In this document: positions 17,305 through 27,040 of the stretch, one piece after another
How positions within the stretch are numbered: the first letter of the stretch is position 1
Layout: each line of letters starts with the position of its first letter
Origin: Aquifex aeolicus VF5
GTDB lineage: Bacteria > Aquificota > Aquificia > Aquificales > Aquificaceae
Direction: 5' to 3'
NCBI RefSeq assembly: GCF_000008625.1
Contig: NC_000918.1
Coordinates: 930,001 to 962,000, forward strand
DNA: 32,000 bases
Notes under the pieces: generated by a model
Database searches by the model: none
What the model saw: the letters and a program-made list of their open reading frames with translations, nothing else
Told to the model about the DNA's origin: nothing
Made by a program: the position numbers and the translations under genes

Positions 17305-18198
17305 GGCTTCCACTTTTTCCCTCAACCTACAGACGGGGCAAATCTCTCCGACAGTGGGCTCTCCGCACACTTTGCAGGGCTGGAGTTCTTTTTTCTCCTC
17401 TTCTTTCCTGAACTTGGGGTATATCTTCCTGAGGTAGTCGAGGTAAAACCTCAATTTCGTTCCGGGAGAGCGTTCTTCTATTTCGTTTAGTATTTTCTTG
17501 TAAAAAACGGAGGTTGCGTCTTCCGAGAAGGGACACTCTTCCTCAATAAAGTCTATGCCGTTTAGGAGGGCGTAAAGTGCAGTTTCCTTTTCCGTGAACT
17601 TGCAGAAAGGCTTTACTTTCCTCACAAATCCTGCTTCCTCTTCCAGAACGGGGTATTTCCTTCCCAAGTACTTTTCGTTCCAGTTGAGGACGTTTGCAAG
17701 AAGGGCACTTGCCTCGTCGTCCAGGTTGTGTCCCGTGGCTATCACATTGTAGCCGTGTTCTTTTGCTACTTTGTTGAAGTTGTACCTCTTTACGAGTCCA
17801 CACACGGAGCACGCTTCCCTTGATGTTATCTTTACGAGTTCTGGTATACCTGCAAGTTCCTCTTTAAGGTCAACTATTATCGCCTTCCCGTTAATCTTTT
17901 CGGCGAACTTTAAGACCTTCTCCTTTGACTTTTCGGAGTACTCACCTATACCGAGGTTTATGTAAAGTCCGTCTGCTTCGTATCCGAGCTTTCTCAATAC
18001 ATGCCAAAGGGCTAAACTGTCCTTCCCTCCAGAAATAGCAACGAGAACTTTATCCTTCTTTGTGAACATCTTAAACTCTTTTATGGTTCTCTCCGTGTAC
18101 TTTTCAAACCACTCTACAAAGTGCTCCCTGCAAAGGGCGAGCCTGTGGTGAGGCATGTATATTATCGCTTTCTTTCCGCAAATCCTGCACTTCTTCAT
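17293..18198 (-). CDS. ttuA: PP-loop ATPase of the TtuA/TtcA/NcsA family, most like tRNA-5-methyluridine(54) 2-sulfurtransferase TtuA
   Basis: 301 aa with N-terminal (CRICGKK...CREH) and C-terminal (CKVCGE...CPVC) zinc fingers. It also has the PP-loop SGGKDS, catalytic-domain cysteines (CSVCG, EECP) and GHNLDDE. The overall layout matches my recollection of Thermus TtuA. Confidence 0.75.
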   Translation of the reverse strand: MKKCRICGKKAIIYMPHHRLALCREHFVEWFEKYTERTIKEFKMFTKKDKVLVAISGGKDSLALWHVLRKLGYEADGLYINLGIGEYSEKSKEKVLKFAEKINGKAIIVDLKEELAGIPELVKITSREACSVCGLVKRYNFNKVAKEHGYNVIATGHNLDDEASALLANVLNWNEKYLGRKYPVLEEEAGFVRKVKPFCKFTEKETALYALLNGIDFIEEECPFSEDATSVFYKKILNEIEERSPGTKLRFYLDYLRKIYPKFRKEEEKKELQPCKVCGEPTVGEICPVCRLREKVEASSG

Positions 18199-18218
18199 AA
18201 GAAAATGAATATAAGTAT

Positions 18219-18461
18219 TTAAACTTCGAAGAGTTTAATCAAACAATCTCTGCAGGGTTTATCTCCTCTGTTTGTAAGCCTTGCGATTTCGAGCCTCGCC
18301 TCTTCAATAGGAAGACACTCCTTCTCTTCTCTCGCACCTTCGTAAGACTGGTTTCCACAAAGGGAGACTTCTTCACATTTACAAACTGCTTCGGAGAGCT
18401 CTTCACACTTAAAGACGTGAACCTCTCCCGTATCGCTTATCCTGAGGGAGTACCTGTCCAT
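18219..18461 (-). CDS. Small Cys-rich hypothetical protein (80 aa)
   Basis: A strong SD (AAGGAGGT, then 5 nt, then ATG) sits 12 nt downstream of the pyrG stop. Seven Cys including CKC, and CRDC near the C-terminus. No family recognised. Confidence 0.5.
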   Translation of the reverse strand: MDRYSLRISDTGEVHVFKCEELSEAVCKCEEVSLCGNQSYEGAREEKECLPIEEARLEIARLTNRGDKPCRDCLIKLFEV

Positions 18462-18473
18462 TTTTTACCTCCT

Positions 18474-20078
<1,605 letters not shown>

Positions 20079-20115
20079 TTATCCTACAACGAGGTTTAAC
20101 GGACAAGTTTTGAAG

Positions 20116-20121
20116 TAGAAT
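20116..20121 (+). promoter_or_regulatory. Candidate -10 hexamer (TAGAAT) 7 nt upstream of the epimerase ATG; possible leaderless transcript
   Basis: TAGAAT at 20116-20121, ATG at 20129, and no SD in between. Confidence 0.3.
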
Positions 20122-20128
20122 CTTTGAA

Positions 20129-21094
20129 ATGAACATCCTAGTAACTGGCTGTGCTGGATTGATAGGGTGGAAGGTATCCGAGAAACTGCTGGAGCATGGA
20201 CACAGGGTTATCGGAGTAGATAACTTAAACTCTTACTACGATCCGAGGCTAAAGGAATACAGACTGGAGCAACTAAAAAAATTTGAGAACTTTAAGTTTT
20301 ACAAGGTTAATATAGAAAACAGGGAAGCTTTAAGGATTCTGTTTCAGGAGTTTGAATTTGACGCCGTTATAAACGAAGCCGCAAGGGCTGGGGTGAGGTA
20401 CTCAATACAAAACCCTCACATTTACTTCACAACCAATACTCTAGGAAATTTAAACTTATTAGAACTTATGAAAGAATTCGGAGTTAAGAAACTCATTCTC
20501 GCCTCTACTTCTTCCCTTTACGCTGGTCAACCAATGCCTTTTAAAGAAGAACTTCCCGTAAACACACCCATTTCTCCTTACGCTGCAAGCAAGAAGGCGG
20601 CAGAAGTTACCGCATACACCTACCACTACCTCTACGGGATAGATGTCGTTATCCTGAGGTACTTCACCGTTTACGGACTGGCAGGCAGACCCGATATGGC
20701 TGTATTTAACTTTATCTACAAAACACTGAAGGGAATTCCTATAAAAGTTTACGGGGATGGAAGTCAGAAGAGGGATTTCACTTACGTCGACGACGTAGCG
20801 GAAGCCACTGTAAAAGCCCTGAACCTCAAGGGATACGAAATAATAAACGTGGGAAACAATAAACCGAGGGCTTTGAAGGAGTTAATAGAACTTATAGAAA
20901 AGTACACGGGTAAAGAAGTAAAAGTTGAGTACGGAGATTTTCACAAGGCGGATATGAGGGACACTTGGGCGGACATAACGAAGGCAAAGAGATTACTCGG
21001 GTGGGAACCTAAAACTTCCCTTGAAGAGGGCGTAAAGAAAACGGTGGAGTGGTTTCTTGAGAACTGGGACTGGGTAAAAGATTTAAGGGTTTAG
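20129..21094 (+). CDS. NAD-dependent nucleotide-sugar epimerase (extended SDR, UDP-glucuronate 4-epimerase-like)
   Basis: 321 aa with N-terminal ILVTGCAGLIGWKV (GxxGxxG), the catalytic YAASK (YxxxK) and an STSSLYG serine region. Confidence 0.88.
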   Translation: MNILVTGCAGLIGWKVSEKLLEHGHRVIGVDNLNSYYDPRLKEYRLEQLKKFENFKFYKVNIENREALRILFQEFEFDAVINEAARAGVRYSIQNPHIYFTTNTLGNLNLLELMKEFGVKKLILASTSSLYAGQPMPFKEELPVNTPISPYAASKKAAEVTAYTYHYLYGIDVVILRYFTVYGLAGRPDMAVFNFIYKTLKGIPIKVYGDGSQKRDFTYVDDVAEATVKALNLKGYEIINVGNNKPRALKELIELIEKYTGKEVKVEYGDFHKADMRDTWADITKAKRLLGWEPKTSLEEGVKKTVEWFLENWDWVKDLRV

Positions 21095-22215
21095 TAGAAC
21101 ACCATTCCCGCGTAGGAGACCTTAGAGTCTGTGGGTGCTTCGTGGTAAACGTCGTAATCAAGGAGCTTTCCTTCTTTAACTCCCAAGTTCTTGAGAATTT
21201 CTAAGAATACAAAGTTCGTAAACTGTCCGTCTATGCGTGTTCTGTTGTTGTCACTCTGAAGGAGATTAAATGCCTCCTCGTTCTTAAGCTCCGCCAGTAG
21301 ATTTATGTACTCCCTGTCCCTCGGAGAAGGGTCGTAAGAGTGCGGGTCCCCAAACTTCCTTCCCACATGTGAAAAATCCACGCTGGAAATTATGAGAGGG
21401 TTTTGAGAGTCTTCCAGTACTTTCGTGATTTTATGTGCGATTTCTTTGAGACTTTTCGTATCTCCGTAGGAAACTATCGCAGGTATTACCTTCACTTCGG
21501 GAAATAGGTACTTCAAGAAGATTGTTTGAAACTCTATGGAGTGTTCGTTTTTGTACGCAAGTACATCGTGAGAAAGGTCGTAATCAAACATCTTCTGGAG
21601 TTCTTCCACTCTTTCTATATCAACTTTCAGGTCACCTAAGGGAGTCCTCAGGTCGAGCGGCAGGACGGAAAAGGGTGTTTCGTGAAAGTAGTGAGATACT
21701 CCGAGGAGAACAACGGTGTCGTATTCGTTTTCCTTTATTGCAGAGTAAACGCTCCCGTAAACTCCGCTTGCAACTCTCAAATCCATGTGAGGGACTAAAA
21801 TGCCTCTCGCTTTAAACTTTTCGGAGTTTTTATTTACAGTTTCCTCAATAAAGTTTTTTAGTTCTTGGGGATTTTCAGGATAAGCCTGGCCTGCGTGGGA
21901 CGGTTCCCTGTAGCCCTTTTTCAGGATTTTCTCCCTTTCCTCTTTTAGTTTGTTTAAAAATCTTTCGTTATAAAGGAGGTAGTTCTCGTCCAAGAAATTT
22001 ATTACCTGATTTATCTCCTCCTTCGGGATTAAATGTCCTGTTTTTTTGAAAAACTCCGCCTGAAGGTCCGTTATATCTCTCGTTCCGTCCATTAAGGAGA
22101 GTAGAAAAAGGAGTTCGGGAGTTGCTATAAAGGGCTGGGAGATGCCCACGGGGTCGCGAACCACGAACTTATCCCCGTAGGGCTGGAGGTCAAAAAACCT
22201 TACCTTCGGCTTCAT
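21091..22215 (-). CDS. Memo-like protein (AmmeMemoRadiSam system protein B family) with an N-terminal extension of about 100 aa
   Basis: 374 aa with [41 protein letters not shown] and DFSHVG motifs typical of the Memo/AmmeMemoRadiSam-B fold. The ATG overlaps the clpX stop (ATGA). Confidence 0.75.
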   Translation of the reverse strand: MKPKVRFFDLQPYGDKFVVRDPVGISQPFIATPELLFLLSLMDGTRDITDLQAEFFKKTGHLIPKEEINQVINFLDENYLLYNERFLNKLKEEREKILKKGYREPSHAGQAYPENPQELKNFIEETVNKNSEKFKARGILVPHMDLRVASGVYGSVYSAIKENEYDTVVLLGVSHYFHETPFSVLPLDLRTPLGDLKVDIERVEELQKMFDYDLSHDVLAYKNEHSIEFQTIFLKYLFPEVKVIPAIVSYGDTKSLKEIAHKITKVLEDSQNPLIISSVDFSHVGRKFGDPHSYDPSPRDREYINLLAELKNEEAFNLLQSDNNRTRIDGQFTNFVFLEILKNLGVKEGKLLDYDVYHEAPTDSKVSYAGMVFY

Positions 22216-23450
22216 ACCGCCTGCTCGAATATGAGCTTCGGTTTTTCTTTGTTCTTCACAACATTCTCGTCTATTATTACCTCTTTTACTCCGGGAAGGG
22301 AGGGAACTTCAAACATAATGTCCGCCATTATGTCTTCCATTATGGCTCTTAGTCCTCTTGCCCCTGTTTTTCTCCTTATGGCTTCCTTTGCGATTTCCCT
22401 GAGTGCTTTTTCCGTGAAGGTGAGTTTAACACCTTCAAGTTCAAAGAGCTTTTGGTACTGTTTCACTAATGCGTTTTTTGGTTCTACGAGTATCCTCACG
22501 AGTTCATCTTCGGTGAGTTCTCTCAGCGTCGCTATAACGGGGAACCTTCCTATAAATTCGGGTATCATCCCGAACCTTATGAGGTCGTCTGGCTCAACGA
22601 GTTCGAGAAGATCCTGTTCTTTGTCCACTTTCTTTATTTCCGCTTCAAAACCTACTCTGGACTTCCCGAGCCTTTGCTTTATTATGTCCTCAAGTCCTAC
22701 AAACGCCCCGCCACATATGAAGAGTATGTCCGTTGTGTCCACCTGAATGAATTCCTGATGGGGGTGCTTTCTTCCGCCTTGAGGGGGAACGTTTACGACG
22801 CTTCCCTCAACTATCTTGAGGAGTGCCTGCTGTACTCCTTCTCCCGAAACGTCCCTCGTTATGGAAGGGTTTATACCGCTTTTTTTCGCAATCTTGTCTA
22901 TCTCGTCTATGTAAACTATTCCCTTTTGTGCCGCTTTGACGTCGTAGTCGCAGGCCTGAAGTAGTCTGACGAGTACGTTTTCTACGTCCTCACCGACGTA
23001 TCCGGCTTCTGTGAGAGAAGTTGCGTCCGCAATCGCAAAGGGAACGTTCAGTATTTTTGCGAGGGTTCTTGCAAGGAGCGTTTTTCCCGAACCTGTGGGA
23101 CCTATCAGGAGTATGTTGCTCTTTTCAAGTTCAACGTCGTCGAGGGAGAGTCCCGCTTCCTTTGCCTTTATGCGCTTGTAGTGGTTGTAAACTGCAACTG
23201 AGAGGATTTTTTTCGCCCTCTCCTGACCTATAACGTACTCGTCTAGTATCTTCTTTATCTGTTCGGGCTTCGGGATGTCTTTGAGCTCAAAGTTATAACT
23301 CGTTTTCTTATTTTCCCTGACTATCTGATAACACTTTTCAACACACTCGTCACATATGTAGGTGTTGTTAGGTCCGGCTATCAGTATCAGTACTTCGTCC
23401 TGTCTCTTTCCGCAAAAGGAACAGAATTCCTTGTTAACTTTCACAGCCAT
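22212..23450 (-). CDS. clpX: ATP-dependent Clp protease ATP-binding subunit ClpX
   Basis: 412 aa with an N-terminal zinc-binding domain (CSFCGK...CDEC), Walker A GPTGSGKT, Walker [10 protein letters not shown] and GARGLR. Confidence 0.96.
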   Translation of the reverse strand: MAVKVNKEFCSFCGKRQDEVLILIAGPNNTYICDECVEKCYQIVRENKKTSYNFELKDIPKPEQIKKILDEYVIGQERAKKILSVAVYNHYKRIKAKEAGLSLDDVELEKSNILLIGPTGSGKTLLARTLAKILNVPFAIADATSLTEAGYVGEDVENVLVRLLQACDYDVKAAQKGIVYIDEIDKIAKKSGINPSITRDVSGEGVQQALLKIVEGSVVNVPPQGGRKHPHQEFIQVDTTDILFICGGAFVGLEDIIKQRLGKSRVGFEAEIKKVDKEQDLLELVEPDDLIRFGMIPEFIGRFPVIATLRELTEDELVRILVEPKNALVKQYQKLFELEGVKLTFTEKALREIAKEAIRRKTGARGLRAIMEDIMADIMFEVPSLPGVKEVIIDENVVKNKEKPKLIFEQAV

Positions 23451-23469
23451 GGTTTAAAAACTTAAGCCT

Positions 23470-24075
23470 TTACTCTCTCTTTTCAATAACCTTGTCTATT
23501 AGACCGTAATCTTTGGCTTCGTAAGGAGACATGAAGTAGTCCCTTTCTATGTCGTTCGCTATCTTGTCCTTGGGTTGTCCCGTATGCTTTGCGAGTATGT
23601 CTATGAGCATTTCCTTAATTCTCTTTATCTCTTCAGCGTGGATGATTATGTCCGTAGCCTGTCCCTGTATTCCACCGAGGGGCTGGTGAATCATTATCCT
23701 CGAGTGGGGAAGTGCGTACCTCTTTCCGGGAGCTCCCGCGGCAAGGAGTATTGCTCCCATGGAAGCCGCCTGTCCCATGCATATAGTAACCACGTCGGGT
23801 TTTATGTACTGCATAGTGTCGTATATGGCGAGTCCTGCTGTAACCGAACCGCCCGGGGAGTTTATGTATAGGTATATATCCTTGTCCGGATCTTGGCTTT
23901 CGAGGAAAAGTAGCTGGGCAACGATTAAGTTGGCAACATGGTCGTCTATAGGAGAACCGAGAAGGACGATCCTGTCCTGAAGGAGCCTCGAATATATGTC
24001 GTAGGCTCTTTCACCTCTCGGCGTTTGCTCTATTACTATGGGAACGAGCTGGTCAAGTATTTCCTTGTGATTCAT
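23470..24075 (-). CDS. clpP: ATP-dependent Clp protease proteolytic subunit ClpP
   Basis: 201 aa with [21 protein letters not shown], the catalytic GQAASMG Ser and IHQP His. GAGGAGGT SD lies inside the tig 3' end. Confidence 0.96.
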   Translation of the reverse strand: MNHKEILDQLVPIVIEQTPRGERAYDIYSRLLQDRIVLLGSPIDDHVANLIVAQLLFLESQDPDKDIYLYINSPGGSVTAGLAIYDTMQYIKPDVVTICMGQAASMGAILLAAGAPGKRYALPHSRIMIHQPLGGIQGQATDIIIHAEEIKRIKEMLIDILAKHTGQPKDKIANDIERDYFMSPYEAKDYGLIDKVIEKRE

Positions 24076-25389
24076 TCTTTACCTCCTCTTTTTCTTCCTT
24101 CTTTTCTTCTTCCTGTTTTTGCTCCACTTCCTTTATCTTAACCTTGGAAATGATTTCCTTAAGGGCTTTCTTTCTCCTTGCGTCTTCGTAAACAACCTGT
24201 TCGAGGTTGTTCTCCTTGAAGTACTTCTTAATTTCATCCACGGTAGTTCCGTACTGCTCTGCGAGTTCTTTGTACTGTGCCTCTATATCTTCTCCAGTAG
24301 GTTCTATTCCCTTCTCCTGAGCGTACTTGTCGAGAATAAACCTGAGTTTTATGTTAGCCTCGGCTATAGGCTGAACTTCTTCCACTATCTTCTTTATGTC
24401 CACGTACCTGGTATCTATACCGAGTGCCTGAAGTTCCCTCAGTCTTCTATCAACTAGGAAGGATAATTCCCTTCTCAGGAGCGTCTGGGGCACGGGAATG
24501 TCGTGTATTTCCACGAGCTTGTCTGCAACTCTTTCTTCGATTACCTGCTCTTTCAGTTTTTCGAGTTTTTGTTTTATGTCTTCTCTGATCTTTTCTTCGA
24601 GGTCCTTAAGGGACGCGTAGCCAAGTTCTTTTGCGAACTCGTCGTTTAGCTCTGGAAGAACCTTCTTCTTTATCTCCTTTATCTTGATCTTTATGTTAAC
24701 TTTTCCTACTTCCTTACCTTCTTGATCGTAGAGGGGGAGTTCTTTTAGTTCTACTTCTTCTCCTACCTTCTTTCCTTTGAGGGCTTCCTCTACTTCGGGT
24801 CTGAGCATTCCCTGACCGAGTATTACGGAGGTTTCCTGTTTTACCTTCTCACCTTCTCCGCCTATTTCTTCCACTTCGTATTCAACGACGAGCATATCTC
24901 CCTCTTGGGCGGGTTCGTTTTCATCTTTTGGTTCCCAGACGGCGTTTGCCTCCCTCAGTCTCTCGAGTTCCTCCTTCACGTAATCTTCCTTAAACTCTAT
25001 CTTGGGAACTTCTACTTCGAGGTTTTCTACGTCTTTTAGCTCGAACTCGGGAGCAACCTCGAAGCTCACCACGTACTTTACCTTTCCTTCCTTTTCGTCA
25101 ACTTCTACCTTTTCTAAGAAAACGTCTGCCACTGGCTTCAGGTTAGCCTCTTCCAGAGCTTTCTGAAGGGTCTCATCGGCGATCTTCTTTCCTACTTCTT
25201 CCTCTACGTAGTCCTTGTACTTAGCCCTTACTATCCAGAGGGGAGCTTTCCCTTTTCTGAACCCTTGAATCTGAACGGTTTTCTGGAGTTGCTTGTACAT
25301 CTCGTCTATTTTTTCCTTAACGCTATCTCCCTGTATTTCAACGGTTAGGGCTTTGAAAAGACTTCCCTGTCCTGAACCTCGACTTTCAT
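24053..25389 (-). CDS. tig: Trigger factor (peptidyl-prolyl isomerase); the 5' end appears interrupted by a 1-nt frame disruption
   Basis: The main ORF contains the TF signature GFRKGKAP, an FKBP-like middle domain and an acidic Lys/Glu-rich C-terminus, in the classic tig-clpP-clpX order. The only SD-preceded ATG (GGAGGTaaaaATG, ATG at 25389-25387) is out of frame with the main ORF. The main frame has no ATG, GTG or TTG between the tRNA and Met64 of the track ORF. See the finding on tig. Confidence 0.85.
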
Positions 25390-25408
25390 TTTTACCTCCG
25401 TTTTTGTG

Positions 25409-25495
25409 TGGTGCGGGTGGCGGGAGTCGAACCCGCACGCCCTTACGGGCACCGGATCCTAAGTCCGGCGCGTCTGCCAGTTCCGCCACACCCGC
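25409..25495 (-). tRNA. tRNA-Leu, anticodon UAG, class II with long variable arm, CCA encoded
   Basis: Manual fold of the reverse complement GCGGGTGTGGCGGAACTGGCAGACGCGCCGGACTTAGGATCCGGTGCCCGTAAGGGCGTGCGGGTTCGACTCCCGCCACCCGCACCA. It has a 7-bp acceptor stem (GCGGGTG/CACCCGC), a 3-bp D stem and an anticodon stem CCGGA/TCCGG with loop CTTAGGA. It also has a variable arm GCCC-GTAA-GGGC, a T arm GCGGG-TTCGACT-CCCGC, discriminator A and CCA. Confidence 0.95.
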
Positions 25496-25505
25496 TAAAT
25501 AGTTA

Positions 25506-25511
25506 ATTATA
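25506..25511 (-). promoter_or_regulatory. Candidate -10 hexamer (TATAAT) upstream of tRNA-Leu/tig/clpP/clpX
   Basis: The minus strand reads TATAAT at 25511->25506, 10 nt before the mature tRNA 5' end (25495), within the 17-nt AT-rich spacer after the gph stop. No convincing -35 was found. Confidence 0.3.
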
Positions 25512-25512
25512 T

Positions 25513-26160
25513 TTAAAATTCCACGATGTGGTTATCCATTAACTTAACCAAGTCAGAAGGTCTCGAGAGTGTAAAGTCGGGTATTTGAGAGTTTAACTTA
25601 ACGTAACCCCACAGGGCAAGGGCCGTTTTAGTTCCCGCCCTTTTGCCAGCCTCTATGTCCGCATCCGTGTCTCCTACTATTAAGGCCTTTTCGGGTTCTT
25701 CTCCCAATATTTCGAGAGTCTTCAATACCGGCGTAGGAGAGGGCTTCTTTTCTCCGAAGGTATCTCCTCCCACGATCAGGTCAAAGTAGCCCGAAAGATT
25801 AAGTATGTCGAGGATCTTCTTTGAGAGTTCCTCGAGCTTGTTTGATACTACAGCGAGTTTAAAACCTTTACTTTTCAGGGCTTCGAGTGTATAAGGAATT
25901 TCCGGATAAGGTTTCGTATAAACCACGGGGTTTTCGAGGTAGTGTTTTCTGAAAACTTCAACGTACTCTTCCCTGAACTTGTCTTTGAGAACCTTCTCAA
26001 GCAGAGCCCTGACTCCCCCGCCTATGTACTTGGTTACGTTATCGGGATAGTACTCCTCTAAACCGAGCTCTTTTAAAGTCTTCTCAAGAGCCAAGGCTAT
26101 ATCCTTTGCAGAGTCTATAAGTGTTCCGTCCAGGTCAAACAGAATTACTCTCATGCGCAC
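25513..26160 (-). CDS. gph: HAD-superfamily hydrolase, phosphoglycolate phosphatase-like
   Basis: 215 aa with motif I ILFDLDGTLIDS, motif II VVSNK and motif III/IV K...GDTDADIEAGKRAG. The second ATG, at 26154, forms an ATGA overlap with the upstream stop and may be the true start. Confidence 0.8.
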   Translation of the reverse strand: MRMRVILFDLDGTLIDSAKDIALALEKTLKELGLEEYYPDNVTKYIGGGVRALLEKVLKDKFREEYVEVFRKHYLENPVVYTKPYPEIPYTLEALKSKGFKLAVVSNKLEELSKKILDILNLSGYFDLIVGGDTFGEKKPSPTPVLKTLEILGEEPEKALIVGDTDADIEAGKRAGTKTALALWGYVKLNSQIPDFTLSRPSDLVKLMDNHIVEF

Positions 26161-26633
26161 TTCTTTATGTAATCTTCCAGTCTTTCCTTCTTAAACTCCT
26201 CCTTCTTCACGTAGTTTATAACGCACGCAAACTTCTCAGGAGGAAGGTAGCCAGGAATCTGGAGTATTAAGTTTCCGTTCTTGTCGTAAAAGATGAGGTT
26301 CGGAAAAGACGTAGCCTTCAGTTTTCTCGCGAGTTCCTTTTCGGACAAAACTTCAACCTTCCCGCCTATGTTAGTCTTGACGGGCTCGTAACTCTCGTAC
26401 AGGAGTGTGTAAATGTCTATACCCTTCAGGGCTTCCTGAAGTCTCTTTTCAGTCTTTATATCCTTCTTCAACTGGGCACAGTATATACAGCTTTTGCTCT
26501 CCACTATAAGAAGCGCATACTTGTTCTTCGGTATTATGGACTTTGCCTCCTGAACCTGAGATTTTTCCTCTCCCGAGGAACACGCAATCAGGAAGATAAA
26601 CACGATAAAGAGAAATTTGTAAATCACTCTCAT
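26151..26633 (-). CDS. Periplasmic thioredoxin-fold lipoprotein (CxxC; TlpA/SoxW-like)
   Basis: 160 aa with a signal peptide and lipobox (FLIACSS). It has a single CIYC redox motif preceded by LLIVESKS and a later SFPNLIFYD cis-Pro-type segment, consistent with a thioredoxin fold. Confidence 0.7.
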   Translation of the reverse strand: MRVIYKFLFIVFIFLIACSSGEEKSQVQEAKSIIPKNKYALLIVESKSCIYCAQLKKDIKTEKRLQEALKGIDIYTLLYESYEPVKTNIGGKVEVLSEKELARKLKATSFPNLIFYDKNGNLILQIPGYLPPEKFACVINYVKKEEFKKERLEDYIKKCA

Positions 26634-26639
26634 AATAGA

Positions 26640-26646
26640 TATTTTA
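26640..26646. promoter_or_regulatory. Overlapping -10-like A/T hexamers facing both ways in an 18-nt divergent spacer
   Basis: The plus strand has TATTTT (26640-26645) 6 nt before ATG 26652. The minus strand has TAAAAT (26646->26641) 7 nt before ATG 26633. Neither gene has an SD. Confidence 0.25.
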
Positions 26647-26651
26647 AAGAT

Positions 26652-27040
26652 ATGGCTACATACGAAGATGTAAAGAGAATGGTTCTTGACCTCGGTTTAG
26701 AAATCAAGGAGGAGATTCCGGAAGAGGAAGTCATAATCGTGGAAGACGAGGAGAGGGGAATAAAAAACATGGTAATTGACTGCGAGGAGGAAGTCCTCAT
26801 AATAGAACAACCGATAGGAAAGGTTTCGGAAAAACATTACGGATGGTTTTTGGAGAGGAACAGGACCTGCCCTTCGGAGCTTTCGCTTTGGACTCAGAAG
26901 ACGGGATAATTCTCTTTAGACAGACTTTGAGGCTCGATACCTTCGATTACGAGGAACTCGAAGCGAGTATATCCTCACTTGAGATATTTTTCGCAGAGTG
27001 GGGAGACGAGCTTTTAAATATCCTGAAGGAGGCTAAGTGA
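26652..27040 (+). pseudogene. Small acidic DUF2170 (YjfI)/YbjN-like protein, split into two overlapping ORFs by a frame disruption near 26861
   Basis: Track ORFs 26652..26909 and 26843..27040 overlap in different frames. Read together (...KHYGWFLERN + QDLPFGAFALDSEDGIILFRQTL...) they give one 129-aa protein. Its layout resembles my recollection of E. coli YjfI (FLLRNQ...), a chaperone-like fold. Its stop overlaps the pspA start. Confidence 0.6.

Noticed and set aside
22231-23233. Plus-strand ORFs 22231..22746, 22674..22964 and 23021..23233, opposite clpX
   Set aside because: These are antisense shadows of a highly conserved gene, with low-complexity Ser-rich products and no start context.
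25390-25489. N-terminal 33 codons of the 478-aa track ORF 24053..25489 (MAELADAPDLGSGARKGVRVRLPPPAPHKNGGK)
   Set aside because: This stretch is mostly the tRNA-Leu gene (25409..25495) read as protein. The Ala/Gly/Pro/Arg-rich translation is the usual artefact of a GC-rich tRNA. The real tig start is downstream of the tRNA.
25409-25495. tRNA-Leu as a possible integration site for a genomic island
   Set aside because: No integrase, no duplicated tRNA 3' segment and no compositional break were seen. The flanking genes are core housekeeping genes (gph, tig, clpP, clpX).
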